The translations under genes were made by a program, and so were the position numbers. Positions 1 through 9,298 of a stretch of DNA of 64,000 nt are shown here, in pieces (the stretch's first letter is position 1; the number at the start of each line of letters is the position of its first letter). Under the pieces are notes generated by a model. It was not told the origin of the DNA. It saw nothing but the letters and a program-made list of their open reading frames with translations, and made no database searches. Origin of the DNA: Bacillota bacterium (lineage in GTDB: Bacteria > Bacillota > Clostridia > Acetivibrionales > JANLFN01); the NCBI GenBank assembly GCA_023421675.1, contig JAEZTC010000013.1:464037-528036 (forward strand), in the 5' to 3' direction.

Positions 1-1406
1 ATGCCTTAATGGGTGAGAATGGTGCGGGCAAATCAACATTGATGAAGATTGTTGCGGGATTGATAAAACCTGACGCTGGAGAAATATGGTTTGATGGTAA
101 AAATGTTAGTTTTACAAACCCTGCTGATGCTATCGATGCTGGCGTAAGTATGATTCATCAGGAACTGAATCCTGTTCTGCACATGACGATTGCTGAAAAC
201 ATTTTCCTGCATCGGGAACCAACAAAAATGAATAGCCTTTTTATAGATAAAGCGAAAATGAATACAAAGACACAGGAAATTCTTAAAAGATTTGGTTTAA
301 ACCTTAGCCCTCGAATGAAAATGATTAGTTTGACAATTGCTCAAATGCAGATGATAGAGATCATTAAAGCAGTGACTTTTAATGCTCGCTTGGTAATTAT
401 GGATGAACCGACATCATCCCTTGATAGTGATGAGACAGAGAATCTTTTTAAAACCATAGCTGAACTAAAGGACAAGGGGATAAGTATTGTATATATTTCA
501 CACAGGATGGATGAAATAGCCCGTATAAGTGACAGGGTAACAGTATTCCGTGATGGATGTTATATAGGCACTAGAAATATTGACCAAATTGATCGTAGCA
601 TGCTTATCAAAATGATGGTGGGACGCGACCTTTCGGATATTTATGATAAGACACCGGTCATACCTGGAGAGGTTGTTATTAAAGTAAAAAATTTAACCCG
701 AAAGGGTGTATTTAAGGATATAAGTTTTGAGGTGCGGACTGGTGAAATTGTTGGGTTTGCTGGGTTAGTTGGTGCTGGGAGAAGTGAAATTATGAAGGCG
801 ATTTTTGGACTGGATCCAGTAGATTCCGGTGAAATCATTTGGCGTGACAAACCCATTCATATTAAGAACACTTCAGATGCTATTAGAAATGGAATTGCTA
901 TGGTTACCGAGGACCGAAAAAAATACGGATTGGTTCTATGCCGTAATTTGCTTGAAAACATCAGTTTGCCAAATTTGAAGAAACAGCATAAGGGTTTGTT
1001 CATAAACCATAATGTTCAAAATACTAATGCTTCTGAAATGGCATCCCGGCTCTCAGTTAAGGCACCGAATCTTAAAGTTGAAGCCAGAAGCCTAAGCGGC
1101 GGAAATCAGCAAAAGGTTATTTTAGCTAAATGGCTTATGGCTTCGCCCAAACTGATAATTTTTGATGAACCGACCCGTGGAATCGACATCGGTGCAAAAA
1201 ATGAAATTTATAAACTTATGTGTCAGTTCGCATCGAAAGGGATGGCAATAATTCTTGTTTCTTCAGAAATGGAAGAGGTTATTGGTATGAGTGACAGGGT
1301 TATAGTTGTACATGAAGGCAGAATCAGCGGTGAATTCCGAAGAAAAGATCTGAAAGATATGTCTAAAGCACAAGAGCTTATTCTTAATAAGGCAATGGGG
1401 GGTTAA
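1..1406 (+). CDS. Sugar ABC transporter ATP-binding protein (CUT2 / RbsA-MglA type, two fused ATPase domains), 5'-truncated by window edge
   Basis: The ORF is open back to nt 3. The first residues (..ALMGENGAGKST) are the Walker A loop, so the true N-terminus lies upstream of the window. The second half carries the LSGGNQQK signature and FDEPTRGID Walker B. The first half has the degenerate signature typical of CUT2 ATPases. Confidence 0.9.
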   Translation, partial: ALMGENGAGKSTLMKIVAGLIKPDAGEIWFDGKNVSFTNPADAIDAGVSMIHQELNPVLHMTIAENIFLHREPTKMNSLFIDKAKMNTKTQEILKRFGLNLSPRMKMISLTIAQMQMIEIIKAVTFNARLVIMDEPTSSLDSDETENLFKTIAELKDKGISIVYISHRMDEIARISDRVTVFRDGCYIGTRNIDQIDRSMLIKMMVGRDLSDIYDKTPVIPGEVVIKVKNLTRKGVFKDISFEVRTGEIVGFAGLVGAGRSEIMKAIFGLDPVDSGEIIWRDKPIHIKNTSDAIRNGIAMVTEDRKKYGLVLCRNLLENISLPNLKKQHKGLFINHNVQNTNASEMASRLSVKAPNLKVEARSLSGGNQQKVILAKWLMASPKLIIFDEPTRGIDIGAKNEIYKLMCQFASKGMAIILVSSEMEEVIGMSDRVIVVHEGRISGEFRRKDLKDMSKAQELILNKAMGG

Positions 1407-1407
1407 T

Positions 1408-2385
1408 ATGTTATTACATAAACAAAATTCAAGTAGTTCATTTGATCTGGCTCTTTTTACTAGAAAATATGGTATTACACTGATTCTAATGTTTATGATT
1501 GTTCTTTTGCTTATTATAAGCCCTACTTTTAGAACCTGGCAGAATATGATAAATGTTTTAAATCAAATAAGTATAAATGGAATAATTGCTGTTGGTATGA
1601 CTTTTGTAATAATCACAGGTGGTATTGATTTATCCATCGGTTCCATGATTGCAGTCTCATCTGTTGTTATAGGTGCAGTACTTACTGCTAACAGTGACAA
1701 CATTCTACTGGCAGTAATCATTGCAATTCTAGCTTGTGGACTGATTGGACTTTTTAATGGGTTTTTTATTGCAAAATTCGACATGTTCCCGTTCGTTGTA
1801 ACCTTAAGTAGTATGCTAATTGCAAGAGGCTTCGCATATGTCATCAGTGATGGTAAATCTTATGTTCTTAAAAGTGATGTTTTCAAGCAGATTGGACAAG
1901 GAAAACTTTTTAATATAATACCATATTCGGTTATTATTCTGGTAGCTATTATACTTATTGGTTATGTGTTGCTTAGTCGTATGAAATTCGGTCAGTACAT
2001 ATACGCAGTCGGAGGCAATATTCATACAGCTATTGCGTCAGGTGTCAACGTATTCCGAATTAAACTTTTAACTTATATGATGATTGGTATTTTTAGCGGA
2101 GTTGCCGGTGTAATTTTAACATCCCGTGTTAATGCTGGACAACCGGCTATAGGAGCAGGCTATGAAATGGATGCCATTGCAGCTGCAGTAATTGGAGGGG
2201 CAAGTTTAAGCGGCGGAATGGGAAGTATATTTGGAACAACAGTAGGTATTCTTATGATAGGTGTCATAAATAATGGGATGAATCTACTGGGAGTGTCTTC
2301 CTTCTATCAACAGATCGTAAAAGGATTCATAATACTGGGAGCCATGTTGCTTGATATCACAATAAACAAACGCAAGAACAATTGA
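1408..2385 (+). CDS. Sugar ABC transporter permease (RbsC/AraH-like)
   Basis: A 325-aa polytopic hydrophobic ORF that starts 2 nt after the ATPase stop. Glycine-rich TM segments match the monosaccharide (CUT2) permease family. Confidence 0.85.
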   Translation: MLLHKQNSSSSFDLALFTRKYGITLILMFMIVLLLIISPTFRTWQNMINVLNQISINGIIAVGMTFVIITGGIDLSIGSMIAVSSVVIGAVLTANSDNILLAVIIAILACGLIGLFNGFFIAKFDMFPFVVTLSSMLIARGFAYVISDGKSYVLKSDVFKQIGQGKLFNIIPYSVIILVAIILIGYVLLSRMKFGQYIYAVGGNIHTAIASGVNVFRIKLLTYMMIGIFSGVAGVILTSRVNAGQPAIGAGYEMDAIAAAVIGGASLSGGMGSIFGTTVGILMIGVINNGMNLLGVSSFYQQIVKGFIILGAMLLDITINKRKNN

Positions 2386-2430
2386 TGCTAAGGATCATGC
2401 CTTAACATAAAAAAACTAGGAGGGAAATTT

Positions 2431-3456
2431 ATGAAACGGAAAAAGAATATCGCTCTGGTAGTTGCACTTGTATTCTCTATGATGACATTTGTTGGGTGCT
2501 CATCTAACACATCCACTGATTCAAGCACTAACGCATCAACTAATGCAGCAGCTACACAAGCAAGTAAATCCGGCAAGAGTGGAATCAAAATAGGTATTTT
2601 ACAGAAAAGCCGTTCAGATCAGTATCAGATTTTGCTTAATTCCTCACAGGAAGCTAAGCTGAAGGAATTAAAGTCGTCCGGTAAAATTGATACATATTAC
2701 CAGGTTGATGCAGACACTGATGTCCAAAAACAGCTTAATCAAGCAGATGACATGATCGCTATGAAGGTTAATGTAATAGTAATGAGCCCTGTAGATGCTA
2801 ATGGCTGTGCACCTATTGTTGAAAAGTGTAAAAGTGCAGGAATTCCCTTAGTAATAGTGAACTCTAAGACAAGCAATGTAGATGATGCAACAGCCTTCGT
2901 CGGATCAAATGATGTTGAAGCCGGCGAAATCATGGGCAAATATATAGCTGAGCGTATTGGTGGTGTTGGCAAAGCAACCGGCAAGGTATTACAACTCGAG
3001 GGCGATATAGGAAATTCAGCACAGATTGACCGTGACAAGGGCTTAAAAAATACTATCTATAAAGAAAAAGGTGTTAAGATATTGGAATCACTCAGCGGAA
3101 AATGGCTGCGTGAAGAGGGTATGCGTATTACTGAAGACTGGCTGCAGAAATATCCGGAAATCAGCGCAATTGCAGCAGAAAACGACAATATGGCTATGGG
3201 TGCCTTGAATGCAGTAATTAATGCAGGAAGAAAAGATAAAATTGTTATAGTCGGTGTTGATGCAATCGAAGATGCTCTAATCAGTATAAAGAAAGGTGAA
3301 TTGGATGCAACTGTACGTCAGGATGGACAAGGACAGGGCTCAGGCAGTATTGATGTTGCAATGAAAATTGCAAATGGTGAAAAATACGATAAAGTAACCA
3401 ATATACCTTTTGTATTAATAACTAAAGAAAATGTTGACCAATACTTAAAGAAATAG
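2431..3456 (+). CDS. Sugar ABC transporter substrate-binding lipoprotein (RbsB-like, periplasmic-binding-protein type I)
   Basis: Signal peptide with lipobox FVGC followed by a Ser/Thr-rich linker. The sequence is PBP type I-like (VNVIVMSPVD, VGVDA motifs). RBS aggaggg lies upstream. It is the third gene of the ABC operon. Confidence 0.85.
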   Translation: MKRKKNIALVVALVFSMMTFVGCSSNTSTDSSTNASTNAAATQASKSGKSGIKIGILQKSRSDQYQILLNSSQEAKLKELKSSGKIDTYYQVDADTDVQKQLNQADDMIAMKVNVIVMSPVDANGCAPIVEKCKSAGIPLVIVNSKTSNVDDATAFVGSNDVEAGEIMGKYIAERIGGVGKATGKVLQLEGDIGNSAQIDRDKGLKNTIYKEKGVKILESLSGKWLREEGMRITEDWLQKYPEISAIAAENDNMAMGALNAVINAGRKDKIVIVGVDAIEDALISIKKGELDATVRQDGQGQGSGSIDVAMKIANGEKYDKVTNIPFVLITKENVDQYLKK

Positions 3457-3496
3457 TTATTTAGTATCAGAATCTAGGCAAAGCACAAAGGATAAA

Positions 3497-3530
3497 GGTC
3501 TCCGGTCAAAAACGGCCGGAGGCTTTTTTT
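3497..3530 (+). terminator. Rho-independent terminator after the ABC operon
   Basis: GC-rich hairpin ggtctccgg...ccggaggc followed by a run of 7 T. Confidence 0.75.
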
Positions 3531-3595
3531 ACAGAAATGATTTGCGTCATAATTACACGTGGGCTTAAGAAAAAATTATACGAAAGGGTGATTAT

Positions 3596-5299
3596 TTGAG
3601 AACTTTAAAATTAAATTTGAATTGGTCGCTGAGAAAAAAGCTTATTACGAGCTTTGTTTCAATAATATTGCTGATGAGTATAATCAGTTTAATAATATAC
3701 CTTACTTTTTCGTCAACAACAAGACAGATGGATAGGATGATTCAAAACACAATAACTGCTAATGGCATCAATAGTTCGGCGGAGAAAATAATAGAAATAC
3801 TTCCTGATGTTATTGGAAATAATGATGAGACCTCCATAAAGGAAATAGAAGACAATCTCAATTTAATAAATACCAATACAGCAATTCTCATAGAAGACAT
3901 ACCTTCAGATGACCAAAACGGTAAAGCCTCTTTCGAAACAGTTCACGAGATTTGTGAGACGTTTATTACTAATGTTGGTGAGGTATTAAAATTCAGCAGT
4001 GATCATAAACTCACTGAAGCCATTAAATCAAAAGAGTCCGCATTAAAAGTAAAAGATTTTATGAAAAACAATATATATAATTATATATCTATAGAATTAA
4101 ATAATAATAAAATTCTGCAGCAAAAATTAAACGAAAAAACACGGTTAATGGGCTTCATGATTTTGCTTTCCATTATAGTGATAGGTCTTGTGAGTATTAT
4201 ATTTGCTGTAATATTCTCAAACAATACTGCAAATATGATATCTAAATTGGCGAAGCATGCTCAAAGTATTGCCGGTGGTAATCTTCAAATTAATCAGGTT
4301 AAGGTCAAATCAAAGGATGATATTTCAATATTGGCTGATTCATTTAACAAAATGCTGGAGAATTTACAAACTTTAATTGGAAAAATTGGAAGCAGCAGTG
4401 ATAATGTGGCAAGCTCGGCGGATATGCTCAAAAGAAATGTGGAGCAAAGCAATCTTGCTATTGAGCAAGTGGCTAATTCTATTCAGAAGGTTTCACAGGG
4501 ATCTTTCGAACAATCTGAACAGACACAAAAAATTGTTAATGTTATGAATGATTTGTATGAAGGAAATAAGAAAATGTATGAGAATGCCCATAATATTCTG
4601 GACACATCCGAAAAAGCTACAAATGCAGCAAACGTAGGCAACGAAAAGATGGAATCATTACTCAATCAAATTAGCGTCATAGAAGGAAAAATCATAGCCA
4701 CCCAAGCTGTCACAGAAACTCTTAAAATGCATTCTAAGGAAATAAAAAAAATACTCGACGCAATTACAAATATTGCATCCCAAACCAATTTACTGGCTTT
4801 AAATGCGGCAATTGAAGCAGCAAGAGCAGGAGAACACGGAAAAGGTTTTGCAGTGGTAGCTGATGAAATCCGCAAGCTGGCTGAGGGGTCTGCAAATGCT
4901 ACGCAGGATATAACAGGCATACTGAAGGATATACAATCGGAAACACAACAGGTTGCTTACAGTATGTCATTAGGCGTTCAAGAAGTAAAAGAAGGTACCC
5001 AGATGGCTGAAGAAGCCAGGACTTCATTTGGTGAAATTGTAATCACAAGTGAAAAAGTTGACTGCCAAATAAAGAGTATTACGCAGGAAATTGAAAATAT
5101 GGTAGACGAGATAAAGATGGTTGAAACGATGAGCAGAAGTATTTCAGATATTGCGGCTGAGTCTTCTGCCGGAAGTGTCGAAGTGGCCTCTGCGGTTGAA
5201 GAACAGACAGCCAGTCTTCAAGAAATATTCTCATCGGCTTCTGTTCTGTCGGAAATGGCGGACGAACTTCAAAAGATAGTTAGACAATTTAAATTGTAG
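3596..5299 (+). CDS. Methyl-accepting chemotaxis protein
   Basis: Two TM segments flank a sensor region of about 150 aa, followed by a HAMP region. The highly conserved MCP signalling hairpin is present ([34 protein letters not shown]). Confidence 0.92.
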   Translation: MRTLKLNLNWSLRKKLITSFVSIILLMSIISLIIYLTFSSTTRQMDRMIQNTITANGINSSAEKIIEILPDVIGNNDETSIKEIEDNLNLINTNTAILIEDIPSDDQNGKASFETVHEICETFITNVGEVLKFSSDHKLTEAIKSKESALKVKDFMKNNIYNYISIELNNNKILQQKLNEKTRLMGFMILLSIIVIGLVSIIFAVIFSNNTANMISKLAKHAQSIAGGNLQINQVKVKSKDDISILADSFNKMLENLQTLIGKIGSSSDNVASSADMLKRNVEQSNLAIEQVANSIQKVSQGSFEQSEQTQKIVNVMNDLYEGNKKMYENAHNILDTSEKATNAANVGNEKMESLLNQISVIEGKIIATQAVTETLKMHSKEIKKILDAITNIASQTNLLALNAAIEAARAGEHGKGFAVVADEIRKLAEGSANATQDITGILKDIQSETQQVAYSMSLGVQEVKEGTQMAEEARTSFGEIVITSEKVDCQIKSITQEIENMVDEIKMVETMSRSISDIAAESSAGSVEVASAVEEQTASLQEIFSSASVLSEMADELQKIVRQFKL

Positions 5300-5334
5300 C
5301 ATATTCTTTGAATCAAAAACAGGACATTATACTT

Positions 5335-5371
5335 GAAAAAGCATGTTGTTGGTTTATCTTCATGCTTTTTT
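5335..5371 (+). terminator. Rho-independent terminator after the MCP gene
   Basis: Hairpin gaaaaagcatg...catgctttttt with a T-run. Confidence 0.65.
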
Positions 5372-5567
5372 ACATTCTTATGAATTTGTTTAAAATACTA
5401 TAGAGATGAGTATTGCTACATATTGGTAAAGTGTGGCAAGTAAATATCTCTTCTACTCAACTACGTAAGTAATACAAAAAACATATATTACAAATCATAA
5501 AATTTAATTGGGAATAATCCATCAGCATCCAGGAAAAGATAAAGGAAACTTTTTGTCTGGAGGTCTT

Positions 5568-6506
5568 ATGGATACTTTGCCCAGCCACAATTATGGAATA
5601 GAGAAATTCGGCAGATTAAAAAGAGTTTTGCTGCATAGGCCTGATGAGTCAATAAAACTGATAACTGAAGACAACAGAAAATTCTTTCTTTTTGATAAAG
5701 TTCCCGATGTCGACAGATACCTCGAAGAGCATCATAGCTACCAGCAGCTGCTTGAGAGTCAGGGAATCAATGTACATTTGCTGGCTGACCACGTTCAAAG
5801 GAATACTGATTTGCTGGGTCGTCTTCCCAATCTTGCATACCTTCATGACACAGCAGTTATCAGCTCCTTTGGCAGTATTATATCAAAAATGTCCTCGCGG
5901 GGAAGATGTCATGAAGAAATAGTGGTCAGAGAAGCATTAAACAGCCTTGGTATTCCGAATTTATATGAGCCGGATGAAGGTGAGGATTTTGAAGGGTGCC
6001 TGTTGGTTTCCCCTTCAACTGTGTTTGTTGCAGACACAGAACGCCATTCTGAAAGGTCTATCATTAAGTTTATAGATTTTATTCTGCAGTATTTCTGTGA
6101 GGTAATCTATGCTAAGATCCCCAAGGAAAGAAGATTCATGCACCCTGATATGGTTTTTAACAGGGTGACTGAAAACCTGTTCTTATACTATCCGCAAGCA
6201 TTTGTAAAAACCTACCATATAACTAAAGATAAAAAACTGGAAATTGATATAAAAGAATTTATGAATAAGCGGAATTTAGATATGGTTGCCTTAACTGATG
6301 AGGAGCAAAGGAAATGGGGAAGCTCCTTCGTGCCCTTGGAACCAGGTAGAATTATCAATTATGATATTTCACTAAAACAGACGACTATAAATCTTTTGGA
6401 AAAGGAAGGAGTTAAATTCGTTCATTTTCATCCAGAAGCTCTGCTAGCCGGAGGCGGAAGTCTTAGATGTCTTACAATGCGGGTGTTCAGGGAACCAATA
6501 TTGTAA
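5568..6506 (+). CDS. Amidinotransferase / arginine-deiminase-superfamily (guanidino-group modifying) enzyme
   Basis: The ORF opens at 5508, but GGAGG at 5558 followed by ATG at 5568 is the better start. The C-terminal GGGSLRCLT resembles the catalytic-Cys motif of ADI/DDAH/amidinotransferase enzymes. The length (about 313 aa) is shorter than a canonical ADI. Confidence 0.6.
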   Translation: MDTLPSHNYGIEKFGRLKRVLLHRPDESIKLITEDNRKFFLFDKVPDVDRYLEEHHSYQQLLESQGINVHLLADHVQRNTDLLGRLPNLAYLHDTAVISSFGSIISKMSSRGRCHEEIVVREALNSLGIPNLYEPDEGEDFEGCLLVSPSTVFVADTERHSERSIIKFIDFILQYFCEVIYAKIPKERRFMHPDMVFNRVTENLFLYYPQAFVKTYHITKDKKLEIDIKEFMNKRNLDMVALTDEEQRKWGSSFVPLEPGRIINYDISLKQTTINLLEKEGVKFVHFHPEALLAGGGSLRCLTMRVFREPIL

Positions 6507-6723
6507 AATAAATAAATTTAAAAGGGTTATTGGGTTACTTTATTAAATATACACCTATTTAAATATAGCATCTAAAAACTTACTAAAAAGAAAGGAATTC
6601 TTCAAAAAGTGACGAAATATATATTACAAAAATAATAATTTGATTACTACTGTACATTAAAATATTGGAATAGTAATTGCAACATTATTAAAATTATTAT
6701 ATGAGCTATCCAGGGGGTACCAG

Positions 6724-7149
6724 GTGAAAAGGAAATATTGTTTGACTGCTAATATAGTTTTGTTGGTGTGGTTTTTTTTAGATATGATAGGTGTATATTT
6801 TGAAAATAGTTATCTTGTTTCTCAATCATGGCGTGATGACGGGATTTTTTTTGTTATATTTCTTATTGCATTGCTGGCATTTTTACTAAAAGAGAAAATA
6901 GGAAAGTACATATTGATTGCATGGGAATCGCTATGGTTAATAACCCAGTTGATTTCACATGAGTGGTATACTATAGCTGGCGGTGGAGAAGGTAAAATTC
7001 GTTATTTTGAAGGGTCGATTAAGTTAATCAACCCTGGTTCAAGATATATTCCTGATGTATACCATATTATTCTTCATATTTTAATACTAGCTGCTTTGAT
7101 TACTACAATTTTATATACCATGAGATTAAAAAGTGCAAAAAATATTTAG
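6724..7149 (+). CDS. Hypothetical small membrane protein (4 predicted TM segments)
   Basis: A 141-aa hydrophobic ORF with a GTG start preceded by aggggg. No family was recognised. Confidence 0.5.
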   Translation: MKRKYCLTANIVLLVWFFLDMIGVYFENSYLVSQSWRDDGIFFVIFLIALLAFLLKEKIGKYILIAWESLWLITQLISHEWYTIAGGGEGKIRYFEGSIKLINPGSRYIPDVYHIILHILILAALITTILYTMRLKSAKNI

Positions 7150-9032
7150 CTGCTTTTCCCAACCCTCAGTACATAGTCATCACCTTTTAACTGCAGCGGC
7201 ATTGTCATTACAACAATGTGCTTGTGCTTTAGCAGCTCGCTCTTTATAAATCTAGTTGAGCGATTGTGAAGCAGGGAATGCCACCATTTTTTTGTTACAA
7301 ACTGAGGAAGCAGAACTGTTATCATATCACCTTTTTTGTAATCATATTCAACTGATTCTATATATCTTGAAAGTGAATCTACAATCGTCTTGGTCGGTGA
7401 ATATTTGACTGTTAAGGGAATGCCGGTATTTAACATTGCATATTGCTCTTTAACCCTTTGTGCGTTTTCCTCGTTAATGGAAACATGAAATGCCACAACA
7501 TTCTCCGAAATTGTCTTTGCAAATCTCAATGCCCTTACGCTTGCTCTGTTCACACTGTCCAATGGAACAATTACCCTGTTGGAATAGGTTGCAGTATTCA
7601 GATCGACAGTTGAAAGCTCTTCAGGAGTTATCTTAAGCTGCTTTGATAATGCATTATAATGTCTTTTGGTTTTTAACATTAAAAATACCAGTATTGGTAC
7701 TGCAAATACGACTATCCATGAACCTTCGTGAAATTTAGCTACAGCTATTATTATTACTGTAACGCCTGTTACAATAGCACCCAATCCATTTATACACGCT
7801 TTGACTACCCATCCCTTACTTTTATTTCTCTTCCACCTTATAAACATTCCGGTTTGAGAAAGTGTAAAACTAATAAAAACACCGACCGCATAAAGGCCAA
7901 TTAGCTTCGAAACTTGAGCATTAAAAGCAATTACTAATATTCCTGCTACAACAGACAACAGCAAAATTCCATTGGAATAACTTAGTCTGTCGCCTCTCAT
8001 ACTTAATTGTCTAGGGGCATATCCATCCCTTGCGACTATTGATATCAGCATGGGGAATCCTGAAAAGGCAGTATTTGCCGCTAAAACAAGAATTATTATA
8101 AGTGTTGAAACTATAAAATAATACATAATATTTGGAAGCAAGCCTGAGCCTGAAAAAATTATACCTGCTTCCTGTACAAGTACGGCTCCTTTTGCGGGAT
8201 TAACAGGGTAATAGTTCGCAAGTATGGAAGTGCCTCCGAATAATACAAAAATCACAATAGAGAGTATTAATAAAACATGTTTTGCATTTTTTGTAGATAC
8301 TTCCTTAAAATTAGGAACTGCATTACTTACAGCTTCAATTCCAGTTACAGCTGCACATCCGCTTGAGAATGCCTTTAAAATTAGGAATAATGTAAGGGGT
8401 TCAATCTGTTTCGGAAGGTCTACAGCCGGGGGAGCGCCTGATGCTAGCTTTACAAATCCTGTAATAATCATCGAAACCAAAGCAAACATAAAAGCATATG
8501 CGGGTATGCCAAACATCTTTGCAGATTCTCTTATCCCTCTTAGGTTACCAACCATAAGAAGTATAATTAAAAATAGAGTTACCGGAACTGAATAAGGCTT
8601 TACGTCAGGGAATGCAGTTGCGAGCTGCTCTACACCTGAAGAAATACTTACCGCCACTGTCATTATATAATCTATTGAAAGTGCTGCACCTGCCGTAACA
8701 CCTGCGAGAATACCAAGGTTATCTTTTGCAACAATATATGCTCCTCCGCCCGATGGATAGCAATCAATTGTCTGCCTGTAGGAAAGCATAAGAATTAATA
8801 GCAGGCCTACAATTGCAGCTGAGATATATGTCAACTGCTTAAATGCCAAACCACCTATAACTGGTACAAGAACTGTAAGTATTTCCTGACCAGCGTATGC
8901 AACAGAAGAAATGGCATCACTTGATAAAATGGGAAGACCCCATAAAACCCCATATTTTTGATCTGCCAAGGCCTCGTTTTTTAAAGGCCTTCCAATTAAG
9001 ACACGCTTAATACCTTTTTTCAATTTGCCCAC
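7146..9032 (-). CDS. kimA: KimA-type K+/H+ symporter (APC superfamily with C-terminal cytoplasmic domain)
   Basis: A 628-aa ORF. Its motifs match my memory of B. subtilis KimA/YdaO: LKAFSSGCAAVTGIEAVSNAVPNFK, VLAANTAFSGFP, RGDRLSYSNGI, and the C-terminal PQFVTKKWWHSLLHN. Confidence 0.85.
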   Translation of the reverse strand: MGKLKKGIKRVLIGRPLKNEALADQKYGVLWGLPILSSDAISSVAYAGQEILTVLVPVIGGLAFKQLTYISAAIVGLLLILMLSYRQTIDCYPSGGGAYIVAKDNLGILAGVTAGAALSIDYIMTVAVSISSGVEQLATAFPDVKPYSVPVTLFLIILLMVGNLRGIRESAKMFGIPAYAFMFALVSMIITGFVKLASGAPPAVDLPKQIEPLTLFLILKAFSSGCAAVTGIEAVSNAVPNFKEVSTKNAKHVLLILSIVIFVLFGGTSILANYYPVNPAKGAVLVQEAGIIFSGSGLLPNIMYYFIVSTLIIILVLAANTAFSGFPMLISIVARDGYAPRQLSMRGDRLSYSNGILLLSVVAGILVIAFNAQVSKLIGLYAVGVFISFTLSQTGMFIRWKRNKSKGWVVKACINGLGAIVTGVTVIIIAVAKFHEGSWIVVFAVPILVFLMLKTKRHYNALSKQLKITPEELSTVDLNTATYSNRVIVPLDSVNRASVRALRFAKTISENVVAFHVSINEENAQRVKEQYAMLNTGIPLTVKYSPTKTIVDSLSRYIESVEYDYKKGDMITVLLPQFVTKKWWHSLLHNRSTRFIKSELLKHKHIVVMTMPLQLKGDDYVLRVGKSS

Positions 9033-9298
9033 CTTATTCTATATAATCTAATAAAGTACTATGGTAAAAAAAGACTTTCAGAATATTATAATACTAATTA
9101 AATTTTTTTTGAAATTCACTCAAAATGGTGCACAGATAAAGCCAATATATTTAAAATTGATTATCTTAATTTAAGTATTTAAAACATAGTTTTCTATCGC
9201 ATATCTTCGTTTTACTATCAGCAGAAAAAAATTTTAATATCAAAATATCAAGTGTGTTATAATTCAAATAAAAATGACCTTTAATTTGAGGTGAAAAA

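Noticed and set aside
9-11. The Met at nt 9 as the true start of the first ABC ATPase.
   Set aside because: Walker A begins three residues later, whereas ABC ATPases have about 30 residues before it. The frame also stays open to the window edge, so the gene is 5'-truncated.
641-856. This and many other 60-160-aa ORFs in the supplied track lie antisense to, or out of frame within, long conserved genes. Examples: 1563-1844, 2739-3038, 4666-4920, 8224-8595, 16494-16979, 19402-19737, 22123-22509, 39900-40214, 45768-46076, 51381-51713, 57559-58005, 59618-59956, 61301-61597.
   Set aside because: Each is fully embedded in a longer ORF that has clear family motifs. None has a convincing RBS, and all have the skewed composition typical of shadow ORFs. 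I treated them as non-coding.
7146-7149. The 4-nt overlap of the convergent stop codons of the small membrane ORF and kimA, with no terminator between them.
   Set aside because: This is probably just compact gene packing. The upstream small ORF itself is only moderately supported, so I did not build a regulatory hypothesis on it.
9033-9298. A possible ydaO riboswitch or other structured leader upstream of the kimA homolog.
   Set aside because: The region is uniformly AT-rich and has none of the conserved G/C-rich ydaO blocks on either strand.
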